Shown here one piece after another: positions 1 through 11,536 of a stretch of DNA of 64,000 nt. The stretch lies in the NCBI GenBank assembly GCA_014905635.1, contig JABVCE010000007.1, positions 682,001 through 746,000 of the forward strand, in the 5' to 3' direction. This DNA is from Scenedesmus sp. PABB004. Its lineage: Eukaryota. Position numbers and translations under genes: made by a program. The stretch's first letter is position 1. Every line of letters begins with the position of its first letter. The notes beneath the pieces were generated by a model that was not told the origin of the DNA, searched no databases, and was given only the letters and a program-made list of their open reading frames with translations.

Positions 1-2543
1 TGCCGCGCCGACGCGCGAGCGCTGTGCGCCCGCGACGCGGCGGCCGCGGGCGGGCTGTCGCCCTCGCTGCTGCTTGACGACTGGGAGGCGCCGCCGCTCG
101 CGGGCGGCAACGTCACGATGTGCCTGCGCCGGCAGGCGTCCGACATCGAGAGCGAGCCCTGCCGGCGCCACGTGCTCGCCTGGACGAAGCGCACGTTTGC
201 AAACGCGCTCCTCGACCCGCCGCTGCTGCAGGTGCGGGGGATCTGTCTAAACCCAAACCCCGGGCGCCGCGGCCGCGCTGGGCCGCCGCGCACCAGGCCC
301 CCGCTCACCGCGCCGCCGCCGCTCGCGGCGCGGCGCGGCCCTGCCGCAGGCGTGCGCCGCCAACATCTCCACCCACTGCATGAACCCCGCCGAGGCGCTG
401 GTCTGCCTCAAGGGCATGCTCGGCGCGGGCCTGCCCGTGGCGCCGGCGTGCGGCGACGTGCTGCGCGCGCGGCTGCTCGAGGCCGCGGGTGCGTGCCTGG
501 GGGAGGCCGGGGGGCTGCCCGCTGCCAGCCGTCGCTGCGCGCGCGGCGCCTCGCGCAGAGGCCGTGCGGCACGCGCCCCGCCCGCACGCTGTGCGCAGAC
601 AACTATGATCTGCTGCCAGAGGTCTCGGCCGCGTGCGCCGCCGAGCGGCGCGCGTTCTGCGAGGGCGTGCCGCCCGCCGGCGTGCTCGACTGCCTGACCG
701 ACTCGAAAGACCACGAGCGGTTTGGCGAGAGCTGCAGGCGCGCGCGGGGCAGCCTGGGGGCGCGCTGCCGCGTCCGGCGCCGGCGCCTGGCCGGCGCTAA
801 GGCCCCCCCCTCCGCCTCCATCCCCGCCGCCGCCGTCGCGTCGGAATGCAGGGAGGCGTTGACGGGGCAGCTTCTCGTCGCGGTCAGCGACATCCGACTC
901 CTCACCTCCCTGCACCGCGCGTGCGCGCCCGCGGCGGCCGCGCTCTGCCCCGGCATCTCCCCCGGCGACGGGCGCATTATCGAGTGCCTGCAGCGCCGCG
1001 CGGACGAGGTCGACAGCGCGCCGTGCCGCCGCCAGCTGCTGCGGCTGCAGGGCTTTGCCGCGCACGACTACAGGCTGGACGCCACGCTGCGCGCGGTGTG
1101 TGTGCGCGCGCGGCACGCGGCGCCGGGCGCGCCGGCGAGGCGCGGCCGGCGCGCCCGAGCCCCCGGCCCCCGCGCCCGAGCCGCCGCCGCCGCCGCGCCC
1201 GGCGCGCAGGCGTGCGCCGCCGACGTCGCCGCGCACTGCGCGCACGTCGTGCCGGGCGACGGCCGGGTGCACACCTGCCTGCGGTCGCACGAGGCCGCGC
1301 TCTCGCCGGCCTGCCTGGCCAAGGCTCAGGAGGCGGAGGCGCGGGAGCATGGCGAGGTGTCGATCAACCCGGTCATACGAGAGTGAGTACGCGCGGCCGG
1401 CCGGCGGGCCCCGCTGGCTGCGCAGCGAAACCGCGGGCGGGCGCGGTCCCGGGCGTCAGGTCGTCATGTGGTCCTGAACCGCGGCACCACGCCGCCGCGC
1501 CGCCGCAGGGCGTGCGGGCCGAGCATCTCATCGCTCTGCGGCGCGCTGTCCGGCCGCTCGATCGCCCAGCTCGCGCCCTGCCTCGCGAGGCACGCCGCGG
1601 ACGACGCGCTGCCGGCGCGCTGCAGGGTCGCGCTCGCCGGCGCGCTCGCGCGCAGGCGGCAAAAGATCACGCTGCAGCCCGCGCTGCGCAAGGCGTGCGG
1701 CGGGGACGTGTCACGGCTGTGCCGCGGGCCCGGCGCCGGCGGCGGCGCGCGGCGTGCGCGCGCGCGCGCCGCCCGAGCGCTGCAGCAGCGCGTCGGGGCG
1801 GTGCAGGACGACGCCGGGGGCGGGGGTGGCGGCGGCGCTGCCGACGCGGAGCTCGTGTGCCTGGCGGCCAACCCGGCCGCGCTGAGCGCGGGCTGCAAGG
1901 CCGAGCTGGCGGCCGAGGCGCACCGGCAGCTGCTGCTCTACATCCCTGGCTCCCCGGTCACGGCCGGCTGCGACGCGGACGCGCGCAAGCTCTGCGGCGC
2001 GGGTGCGCGCCGGCTGTGGGTGGGCGGGTGGGTGGGTGGGTGGGTGGGCGGGGGTGCCCGGCTCGCTGACGCCGCCGCCGCCGCCGCCGCCGATGCCGTT
2101 GCGCAGGCTCCGCGGACGGCGCGGCCCTGCTGCAGCAAGGCGGCGTGCTCGGCTGCCTCGCCTCCCAGTCCGGCGCGCTCTCGCCGAGCTGCTGGTCCAT
2201 CATCTCCCTGTTTGATGCTGCCCAGCTCGCAAGCGCCAACGCGCTCGCCGCGGGCCTGGGGGGGCCGCTGCAGCCCGGCCCCGGCGCCGCCGCTGCCGGG
2301 CCCGACGCGGCGCTGGTGCAGCGCCTCGTGGCGGAGCGGCTCGACGCGGCGCTGTCGTCCGAGCTCGAACGCTACGCAAGGCGCGCGCAGTCGTCGGGCT
2401 TCCTCTGGGGCGTGCTCGCGGCGGCCGCGCTCGCCGCGGTCGCCGGCGCCGGCGCGGCGGCCGCGCGGCGCGGCGGCCGCGCGGCGCTGCGCGTGAGCCG
2501 CGCCCCCGGCGGCGTGCTCGTGCTCAAAGACGGCGACGTCTGA
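1..2543 (+). CDS. GLG1: Golgi apparatus protein 1-like cysteine-rich repeat membrane protein (multi-exon, 5' end outside window)
   Basis: Repeated Cys-rich units (DIRLLTSLHRAC...C..GDGRIIECL; DYRLDATLRAAC..DVAAHC..VVPGDGRVHTCL; LQPALRKACGGDVSRLC) and a C-terminal TM helix (GFLWGVLAAAALAAVAG); stop TGA at 2541-2543. Confidence 0.8.
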
Positions 2544-2736
2544 CGTCTAACGTCTGACGTCTAACCGCGTAACCGCTCGATCGCTGACTGGCTCGCCCTC
2601 TGGCTCGCTGACTGCAGCTCCGGTGCTTGCATCGCTCGCGCTAAGGCAGCAAGTGGTTGCCAACAACCGTCGCCGCTCGACGCTCGCCCGCCCGCTCCCC
2701 ACAGCCAGCCTCCCCAGTTGGCAGCGCCGCGCCGCC

Positions 2737-3595
2737 ATGGGGCAGGCCGTGGACGGCTGGTCGCTGCTCACGGTGTTCGTCGCAGCGGTGCGGCACCCTG
2801 CCACTGGGCGGCGCGCGCCGGCGCTGTTCCGCAGAGGCCGCTGCCGGCGGCCGCTGCGGCCGCCCCGCCTCACGGCCGCCCGCGCGGCGCGCCCAGGCGA
2901 CGGTGGGCTTCCTGGCGCACAGCTTCGTGAGCGTCCTGAGCGCGCAGCACGCGTCGATCCAGGCGGCGCTGCCGGGCGGCGCCGGCGGCGGCGGGCGCGG
3001 CGCGCGGCCGCCGCCGCGCCGCCCCGCCGACCTGGCGCTGCAGCTGCTGCTGGAGACGCGCGTGTGCGGCTCGCCGGCGACGGAGGCGTACACCAAGCTC
3101 AACGTGACCTGCCTGCGCGCCTCGCCGACGGCGCGCTGGTTCGCGGGCGCCGCGTCGTCGCGCGCGGCGCGCCGCGCGCTCGTGGTGCACGCCGAGGTCG
3201 CGGCGTCGTACGACGGCATCGCCCTGGTCTGGGGCGTGGGCCACAAGGCCGACGGCCCGCAGGACTGCGCGGCGCGCTGCTGGGCGCACCGCCCCGGCCC
3301 GGACGGCGCCGCCGGCGGCGGCGTGTTTGCCGACCTGCCGTGCAACGCGTGGAGCTTCTGCGCGGCGGAGGAGTGCTTCGAGCCGGACGCCCACCACCAC
3401 ACGCGCGGCGACTGTTGGCTCAAGTTCACCGAGGCGCCGGCGGCGCCGGAGGTCAACCAGCGCGGCGCGCTGCCGGCGGCGATGGCGGCGCGGCACCCGG
3501 GCGCGCCGCGCCGCGCGCAGTGGGTCTCGGGCGTGCTGCTGCCGCCGCGCGTGGCGCTGACCAACGGGAGCTGGAGCCCGCGCGCCGACTGGTGA
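2737..3595 (+). CDS. PAN/Apple-domain membrane-anchored protein (2 exons)
   Basis: ATG at 2737 with a hydrophobic N-terminus spliced to the large exon; YDGIALVWG...DCAARC...CNAWSFC...C...GDCWLK...WVSGVL matches the plant/algal PAN-like Cys pattern. Confidence 0.7.
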
Positions 3596-3708
3596 CGGCC
3601 GGGCGAGGCGCGCCGGGCGCGCCGGGCGGGGGCGCTGCGACACGCGCCCCCCGCAGCTGCTGTGCGGGCAAATCGCGGTCACAGCGCGCGCCCCCGGGCC
3701 GCGCCGCC

Positions 3709-4966
3709 TCACGCCGCCTTTGCGGACGCCCGCTTCGCCGCGGGCTTCTTGGCCGCCACGCCCTTGTTTCCAAACACCAGGATCTGCGCCACAAGCGTGG
3801 CGTTGAGCACCAGGCCTGCGCGGCGCGGCGCGGCGCGGCGCGGCGCGGCGGCGTGTGGGCGGCCGCCGCCGGTGCGCCAGCGCCAGCGCCGCCCGCGCCA
3901 GCGCCGCCCGCGCCAGCGCCGCCCGCGCCAGCGCCGCCCGCGCCAGCGCCGCGCGCGAGCGCCGCCCGGCGCGCTCACTGATCGCGTACGCGCGCAGCAT
4001 CGCCGCGCCGCCGCCCTCCGCGGCGGTCGTGAAGAGGCGTGCGACGCAGCCCGCGGTGTTGGCGGCAAAGGTGATGATGCTCAGCTGCCCCGTGCTGCGC
4101 GCGCGCCAGTTCTTGGCGATCTGCGGCAGCCGCGCCGCCATGAGGATGACGTTGTTCGCGTCGTACGCCGCCGACGCGAGCGGCAGCGACACGCGCCCTG
4201 CGGCGCGGCGCGGGCGCGCGGCGCGGGCGCGCGTGGGCGCGGCGTCGGCGCGCGGCGCGCGGCGTGGCGCGCCGGCCGCCGCCGGGGTGCCGGCCGCCGC
4301 CGGGGCGCTGGCCGCCGCCGGGGCGCACCCGTGAGCACCGCGCCGACCGCGGCGACCGCGAGCGCCGCGGCGCCGGCGCGGCGCGCGAGGGGCGCGCGGC
4401 CGTAGTGGTAGATGAGCGCCAGCAGCACCACGTTCTGGGCGAACAGGATGCCCGCCTCGCCGTACGTGCTGAACGGCAGGCCGCGCAGGAAGCCGTACGC
4501 CGTGTGCACGAGCAGGCCCCAGCTCTCCAGCTCGAACGAGACCGCGCTCAGGCCGTCCGCGCTGCGCGCGCGCAGCACGTTTGCGACCTGCGGCCGGCCG
4601 GCGCCGTGGCGGCGCCCGGTGTGCCCTGCTCGCCATGGAGCTGAGGCGCCACGGCGCCTGCGCGCTGGTGCGCGCCACGCGGCGGCGGCGCCGACAGCAG
4701 CGGCGCTAGCAGCGTCGCCGGCCACGCCCGCGCCCGCGCACCTGGGGCAGCTTGACCAGCACCGAGAACACCAGGATGCCATATCCCAACGCCTGCGCGC
4801 GCGGCGGCGTCAGCGTCTGCAGGCGCCGAGGGCGCCCGGGCGCGGCGCCGCGCTGCCATCAACCGACCTTGCTGATCAGCAGCTTCACCAGCAGCGGCGG
4901 GGGCAGCCGCCCGTGGGCTAGGTACTGCGTCAGCGCCTCGCCCATCAGCGCCGCCAGCTCGGCCAT
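3709..4966 (-). CDS. MPDU1: Mannose-P-dolichol utilization defect 1 homolog (PQ-loop protein), multi-exon
   Basis: LISK|ALGYGIL...VKLPQ|VANVLRARSADGLS...GLPFSTYGE...; second PQ loop ARLPQIAKNWRARSTGQLS...ARLFTT; Lys-rich C-terminus. Confidence 0.9.
3874..3952. repeat. Intronic 15-bp minisatellite (GCGCCAGCGCCGCCC) x4-5 in MPDU1
   Basis: Direct tandem copies visible in the sequence. Confidence 0.8.
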
Positions 4967-6614
4967 GGCGGCGTGCGGCGGATCGTCGCCGGCGAGCGAG
5001 CAGCGGCCGCTGGCGGCGGCGAGCGGCGGGTGTGGCGGCAAACGACGTGCGCTCAAGACTGGGAGTCGAGGTCGACAACCACTTCGTCACAGGGCGCCGC
5101 GTCCGCCGCGGCCGCAGAACCCGCACCGCCGTGGACCGTGCGCCGCGCGCACGCATCAACCCGCCGACTTGATCGCCGCGTTTGATTGGTCGCCGTGTTT
5201 GATTTGAGCAGTATTAGAAGAGTGATAGACAAGAGAGGATCATGCGTCCCCGCGACTCGTGCAGCGCCGCCGCGCGTATCGGCGCTTGATTCGTCACGCG
5301 CCATCGCGCGCTTGATTGTGGCCTCGCCGGCCCCTCCCGCAACCCCAGCCCAGGGCACGCCTGGGCGCCGCGGCGGCGCAAAAAGCCCGTGAAACCTCGC
5401 ACGATGCGGCGCGCCCGCGTCGCTGGCGCCATGGCCAGCGCGTTCAGCTCAGCCGCCCAACCAAGGCCGTCCGCGCGGCCAGATCGCCCCACCCATCACG
5501 CTAGGCGTTGCGGAGCCTCGCTCGCTCGCTCGCCCGCGGCCGGGACGACGACGGAAAAAAACGCAAAGCTTGTGTCCCTCACCAGAACAGACTGCCAAAA
5601 GTGGGCACGCGCGGCACAGCTACTAACCGTGTTCAGCAGTTCGTTGGGCTGCTGTTTGGGCTGCCACCATGCACGATCATGCCGAAGGCGGGCCGCCGCA
5701 GTGCGCTCCCAGCTGCCCCCCTCCCTTGAGTGACTCAAAAAGCAAAGCAGTGCGCTGCACGCACTGGCACTGGCCCCGAGCCTCCTGGCGTGCGCGCACG
5801 TGCGCGCACGCCACCCTCGCCTGCTCAGGCGAGCGACCGGCGCCAGCTCATTGGCGCGCGGCCGGGGGCAGAGGAGCTGCTGCTCCAGTGTGATTTGGCC
5901 AGCCAGTTGGACGAACCGCTGTGCGTCAGAGTGGCTCCTTCCGCACAAGTGATCAAGCAACGCCGGCGGCCCCCTGCGGGCGCGCACGTCGAGTGCCAAG
6001 CAGCCCCAAGCGGCGATGCGTGCGCACCCCTCACCCCCTCCCCCTGGCTCGTGGCATCCACGTGGCTGCCATCAGCTCCGCGGCAGGCGGCGCACGCTCC
6101 CTGACAGCCCCAGAGAGGCAGAGGCGACCCAGCCCCAACTGGCCGCGCGCGAGGCAGGCACATCAGCGGTAGTACACACAACGTTTTTTTGGCAGCAGCT
6201 TTGAGTCAATCAATCTCGGTCGCAGAACGGGACGCATGGCTCGAAACGCACAGCCCACCTGGGTGTGAGTGTGTGTGCAGGTCGCGCCTCTCGCTCGCAT
6301 CGGCAGGGTGCGCATTGAGGTGTCGCCGCCGCGCAATGGCCGCAGGCAGGCAGGGCTCGTCTCCCCTCGCGGCCGTGATAGTGAGCGCGGCGCGCACGGC
6401 AGGCGCGCGTGCAGGCGCGCCGAGCGCAGCGGGCCGCAGCGCCGCTCGCTGCGCTCGCCGCGGCCGCCGCGCTCAAGCGGGCACGCGCCTCGCGCGATCG
6501 TCCGAGTCTGCAACAAAACAGAAAGCGAGAAAGAGATGTGGAAGAGATGAACAACACCCTGTGGTGGGGGCCAGGCTCGCGGCCTGGCCGCCCGCGGCGG
6601 CGCCAGGGCAGACC

Positions 6615-8103
6615 CTACTGCCAGCCCTGCTGGCCCTGCCCGCCCGGCGGCGCGGGCGAGTAGTAGGCCGGGCTGCCCACGACCTGCACGCCGTGGGCGC
6701 CGGGCATCATCAACAGCGGCGCCGAGCCGGGCACGCCGACCGCGGGCGCCGCGCCGGGCGGCAGGCCGAGGCCCGCGGGGAGGCACAGCTCGCCGTGCAG
6801 CTCGCCCGAGCCAAACCCGGGGGGCTTGCCGGTCTGGTCGGGGGCGAGCATCAGGCCCCCGAGGCCAGCCGCGAGCGACGCCACGTCCGCGACGCCGGGC
6901 TGGGCGCCCGCCGCCGCGGCGGCGGCCGCTGCGGGGTCGGCGCCGGCTGCCAGCGCTGCGGCCACGCCCGCCTGAGGGTAGGGGTAGGGCCAGGCCGCCT
7001 GCGTGTAGGCCCCCAGCCGCTGCAGGCGACGGGCATGCCCATGCCGGCGCCGCCCGCGGCCTGCTGCATCGAGCTGGCCGCTTGGCCGTAGCCGAGCGCG
7101 CCTGCTGCAGCGGCGGCGGCGGCGGCGGCGGCCGCGGCCGCGGCGGCTGCCGAGGCGCCGCCGCCGCCGCCGCCGGCGCCGCCCAGGCCCATCGCCGACG
7201 CCGGCACGACGGCCTGCGTGCGCCGCAGCACGGGGCCGCCGCTCGGCGCCGTCGCCGAGGCCACGCGGAGCTGGGCGGCGTCGTGCGCGAAGAAGCAGAT
7301 GCGGCGGCGGCAGCTCGCGCCGAAGCAGCACAGCTGGGTGCGGAACCTGCGGCGCGGCGCGCAGGGTCGGCGAGAGGCACGGGCGGCGGCGGCGGGGCGC
7401 GCCGAGCGCGCCGCCGCGGCCGCGCACCTTGCCGGGTGCAGCCAGCTCTCAAACACGGAGTGCGCCATGGGGCAGGACTCGCCCCGCGGGCAGTTGCCCT
7501 TCTGCGCAGCGTGGCGCGGGCGTGGGCGGGGGGCGCGTGCGCAGCTCGTGCGAGGCCGCCCCGGCGCGCGCGCCGCACCTTGTTGTAGTCGGCGCACGGC
7601 TCGGCCGTGTAGCTGTAGGTCACGGGGCAGCGCCGCGCCGCGCGCTCGCCGCGGTGCGCGTAGGGGCACGAGCTCCAGTCGTGCCGCTCCTGGGAGCAGC
7701 GGCGGCGGCGGCGGCGGCGGGTGAGCGCTGTGCCTGGCGCCATGCCGGCGATTCTGCCCCGGCCGTCGCAAAGCTGGGAGTTCCCCGACACGAATGCCGC
7801 GCGAGCGGGCCGCCGCGACGCCCCAGGCGCTCGGGGCGGGGCCATCGCGGCAGGCGAGTGCTGGGGGGCGCTCCCCACCTTGGCAGGGCACTTCGCGACC
7901 TGGCAGCGCGGCGGATGGGCAGCGGCGGTGGCGTCAGCCCGTGGCACGACGGAGCGCGGGCCACACGCGCCGGTGGGCGCGGCTCTCGGGCGTTGGAAAA
8001 CTCCGGGAGCGAGAATTGAGCGCCCCGCCCCGCCGTGGCCCCGCGCCGGTCGCACCTTGTACGTGTACATCCAGTAGGCTTCGTCCGCCGGCCGGTGGTC
8101 CAT
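6615..8103 (-). CDS. Plant TZF-type tandem CCCH zinc-finger protein (3' end at 6615 or 6851, depending on a possible frameshift)
   Basis: MYTYKV..C...[27 protein letters not shown]...[39 protein letters not shown] is the RR-TZF signature. Confidence 0.9.
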
Positions 8104-9329
8104 CGGCCGGTCAGCGGGCCGCCGCCGACGCCCGAGAGCGCCAAGATGGGTGGCCCTCGCTCATCTAAGGCACGCAGCCTCTACCGGGCGCCGCTCAACT
8201 GGCCGGCCGGGGGTGCGCGCGCGCTGCCGGAGCCGCAACCGGCTCTGCTCGTGTCAAAGCCCCGGGCGCCAAAGCCCGGCATGCTGCAACGGGCAGGCGC
8301 GCGGCACGGGCGGCCTGGACGAACGGCAGCGTGTCCCCTGCGCGGCAGCAACGCGCCAGGGCGCGCCGTGCGGCAGCGGCGGCGGAAGGCGGCAACCAAC
8401 CTGCGCCCGGTGACGGTCGGCGTCACCGGTGAGGGCCAGGCAAGCTGGGGGGCTGTCTGGCTTCCGGTGAGGCAGGGGTTACCGGCCGAGGCTTCTTCTT
8501 TTATTGGACCCCGTGCTGCTGGGGTCCCGCACGCACGCGCAGGGCACGACGGCCGTCGCAGACCGCGCGACGCGCGACCTTGTGTTGTTGATGTTGTTGT
8601 TTGGCATGGGAAAAAAACGGGGTGGTGGTGGTGTGTGTGGGAGATAGACGCCGATGCAGCCTTATTGTCGTATTGTGCGAGAGCGGGCGCCCGCCCGCTG
8701 CCGGGCGCCCGCCCGCTGTGGGGGGCGGGCGCCCAACGCAGCTCGTGGAGCTTCTGACCGCCCAGCATGCACGCGCGCGCTTGGGCGCCGAGCGCGTCGT
8801 TCGGGACACGCGGCGTGCCGCACGCACGCGATAGGTCTCCCGGGCGGACGCCGGGCAAACAGACGGGCCAGCAACGGGCCAACAGGCACAGCAGAAGTGG
8901 CGCAAGTTCGGCCCCATGCCGCCGCGCTATAGCGCTATAGCACGCGCGGGTGCGGCGCATGGTAGGCGTCCGACCGCGGCCGGGCGCGGCCCGCGCCTCG
9001 GCAGGCAGGCGGGGCGCGCGGCTCGCAAGCACGGGAGAAAACGTTATTATTGGTGCAAGGGGCCCGCGAAGCGAGACTGCAGGCAGTAGCACACACTGCA
9101 GGCAGGCAGCAGCACGCACACACAGTAGCAGTTTGGCGCACCTGGCGCGCAGTAACCATCTTGAAGTGGGTGTCCCCCGTGCTGGCCACGCTGCAGCGAC
9201 TCCCGTCTGGCCCCCAGCGCGGCGTCGTGCCGCGCGCGCTGGGCCGCCAGCGGTCTGGTGCGCGCGTGCGGGCCTGCCAGCGGTGACGCGCGCGCGCGCA
9301 CACGCGCGCGCCTGCCGACGCGGCGGCGC

Positions 9330-11003
9330 TCACACGCGGCCGCCGGCCCTCGGCTTGCGCCGGCTGCGCCCGCTGGCGGGGCCCGCGGCCGGGGCGGCGT
9401 CGGCGGCGCCGTCGAGGATTCGCTGCATCCCAGGGCTGATGAACACGCCGGTGCCCTTGCCCTTGCCGTCGGGCTGCGCCGCGACCTGGGCCAGCGGGCT
9501 CCAGCCCTCGCCCGCCCACGCGGGCGCCCACTGCGAGGCGTCGCCGGCCGCGGGCGCCGCGGCGCCGCCGCGCGTCGCGCACGTGTCGTCGTCGGCGCGG
9601 GCCGCGTCGACACTGCCCAGGCAGCCCTGGTCGCCGCCGGCAGCGCCGCGGCGGCAGCCCTGGTCGCTCTCGCGTCGCCCGCCGGCCGCCTGGTCCGGCG
9701 CGGGGGCGTCGCCGGGCTCGTCTGCTGCGCGGTCGCTGCAGCTGCGCGCGAGCGCGCCCGGCGCGGCGGCGTTTGCGTGGGGCGTGCTCGGCGAGCTGCC
9801 GCCGTCGCTGCGCAGGAACACCCCCGTGCCCCCGCTGCCGCCGCTGCTGGTGCTGCTGCCGCTGGCCGCGCGCAGCGAGGCCAGGTCGCCGCTCGCCGGC
9901 TCCGTCCCAAACTCGGCCGAGCTCGAAGCGGCCATGTAGAGGGAGCTGCCCAGCGCGGCGGCCAGCGCGCCGTCGCCACTGGGCGGCGCCAGCGCCACCG
10001 CCGGCGCCGGCGCCGCCGGGGCGCCGCCAAAGCCAGGCAGGCCGGCGAGGGCGGCGAGGCCGTCCCCGCTGTCGAGGGCGCCGAGGGCGCCGAGGGTGCC
10101 CGGGAGCGCAGCCTGCTGCGCGGCGGCGTCCAGCTGGCAGCGCGCGAGGTCGGCCTGCAGCCGCTGCAGCTCGGCCGCCTGCGCGCGCTGCTTGGCCGCC
10201 TGGTCGAGCTTCAGCAGCTGCAGCCGCAGCCGCAGCTGGCGCAGCGCCTGCTCCTTTGCGAGCTCCTCCTCCTGCACGATCTGCGCCTGCAGCAGCAGGC
10301 GCTGCAGCTCAAACTGCTGCAGGTTGTCGCCGCCCGCAGACCCCGCCGCCGCGCGCAGGTCGCCGCCGCCGGCGAGGCCGAGGAGCGCCGCGAGCGTGGC
10401 GTTGTCGCCCTGGCCGAGCGTGAAGCTGCCGTCCAGCGCGTCGCCGTGGCGCGGCATCGAGAAGCTGCCCCCGCCGCCGCCGCCGCCGCTGATGGCGCCG
10501 GTCAGCGCTGTGAAACTGCCCGCGCCGCCGCCGGGCATCGTGAAGCTGCCCGCGCCGCCGCGGCCCTGCCTCGTGAAGCTGTTGCCCGCGCTGCCCAGGG
10601 CGGTGAAGCTCGTGCCGCGGCTGGCGGCGAGAAAGCTGCCGCCGCTGGCGTCGACCGACGACGTGAAGGACTGCCCGCTCGCAGCGAGCAGCGGCAGCGG
10701 CAGCGGCGCGCTCGCCGGGCCGCCCAGCCCGAGTCCAGGCGGGTCGGCCAGCAGCGAGGCGGCGCACGGCGGCAGGCTGTCGCAGCGGGGATCCAGCGCA
10801 AAGTCCTGCGGGGGGGAAGGTCGCGGGCGCCGCGTGAGGGGGGCGCGCGAGCCCGCGCCGCGCCCGGGCCCCGTCAGCGCGGGGCCAGGCCCACCGTCCG
10901 GGCGCGCGCGGAGGCGGCTGCTCACCATGCTGCTGCGCCCGCCGGGCGCGATGTCCTCGCCCGCAACGCCGCCCGCGCCGCCCGTGCCGTGGAACCAGGC
11001 CAT
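9330..11003 (-). CDS. Unknown low-complexity protein with repeated GxSF(T/S/L) motifs, a coiled coil and two GTGVF motifs
   Basis: Coherent ORF with one probable in-frame intron (about 10808-10925); Gln/Leu heptad region QQFELQRLLLQAQIVQEEELAKEQ; GGTGVFLR and KGTGVFISP. Confidence 0.65.
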   Translation of the reverse strand: MAWFHGTGGAGGVAGEDIAPGGRSSMVSSRLRARPDGGPGPALTGPGRGAGSRAPLTRRPRPSPPQDFALDPRCDSLPPCAASLLADPPGLGLGGPASAPLPLPLLAASGQSFTSSVDASGGSFLAASRGTSFTALGSAGNSFTRQGRGGAGSFTMPGGGAGSFTALTGAISGGGGGGGSFSMPRHGDALDGSFTLGQGDNATLAALLGLAGGGDLRAAAGSAGGDNLQQFELQRLLLQAQIVQEEELAKEQALRQLRLRLQLLKLDQAAKQRAQAAELQRLQADLARCQLDAAAQQAALPGTLGALGALDSGDGLAALAGLPGFGGAPAAPAPAVALAPPSGDGALAAALGSSLYMAASSSAEFGTEPASGDLASLRAASGSSTSSGGSGGTGVFLRSDGGSSPSTPHANAAAPGALARSCSDRAADEPGDAPAPDQAAGGRRESDQGCRRGAAGGDQGCLGSVDAARADDDTCATRGGAAAPAAGDASQWAPAWAGEGWSPLAQVAAQPDGKGKGTGVFISPGMQRILDGAADAAPAAGPASGRSRRKPRAGGRV

Positions 11004-11536
11004 GCTGGCCGGCGCCGAGGCGCCGGGCGTGGCGGGACGCCCCCGGAGCCCGCCGCTGCGGGGATGGGGCAGGGGCGGGTCGCCGCGTCGCCGGCGACCT
11101 CCAACGCGGTGCGCGCGGCGCCCCTAGCTGCGCGGAGGCGGTTGCGCGGTCGCGGAGGACGCGCGTCGCAGCGGCTGGGCTGCGAATCGCGCAGGCGGGC
11201 GATGACAGGTTCAGCGCGGCTCAACCGCGGCGCCCCCGGCGCTCTGGCCCCGGTCGCCCCTCGCGGCATGCGGGGCTCCGCCCGCACTTGCGACCCCGAG
11301 CGTGCGAACAACCCGGGGGCGCCGCGCCGCCGCGTCGCGCCAGCGATGGCCGCTGCAAGCCTGCTCGTCCAGCTGCGTTCTCCAGTCGCCTGGTGGCTGA
11401 GGGTGCTGGCCACTCAGGTGGCCGTCCCATGAGCCGGGCGCCACGCGTGCCGGCGGCGGCCGCGTTGTGCTGGCACACCACACAAGGGTCAGCGCGGCGG
11501 AGGTGCTGTCACAGGCGTCAGCTCACTGCGAGGCTG

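Noticed and set aside
2537..2565. 14-bp tandem duplication CGTCTGACGTCTAA spanning the GLG1 stop, with bZIP-like TGACGT cores
   Set aside because: Most simply a local slippage duplication; no evidence of function.
5000..6560. Lower-GC intergenic stretch (also 8150-9300) as a possible ncRNA or foreign insert
   Set aside because: No recognisable RNA motif, TIR/TSD or coding pattern; consistent with promoter and UTR sequence.
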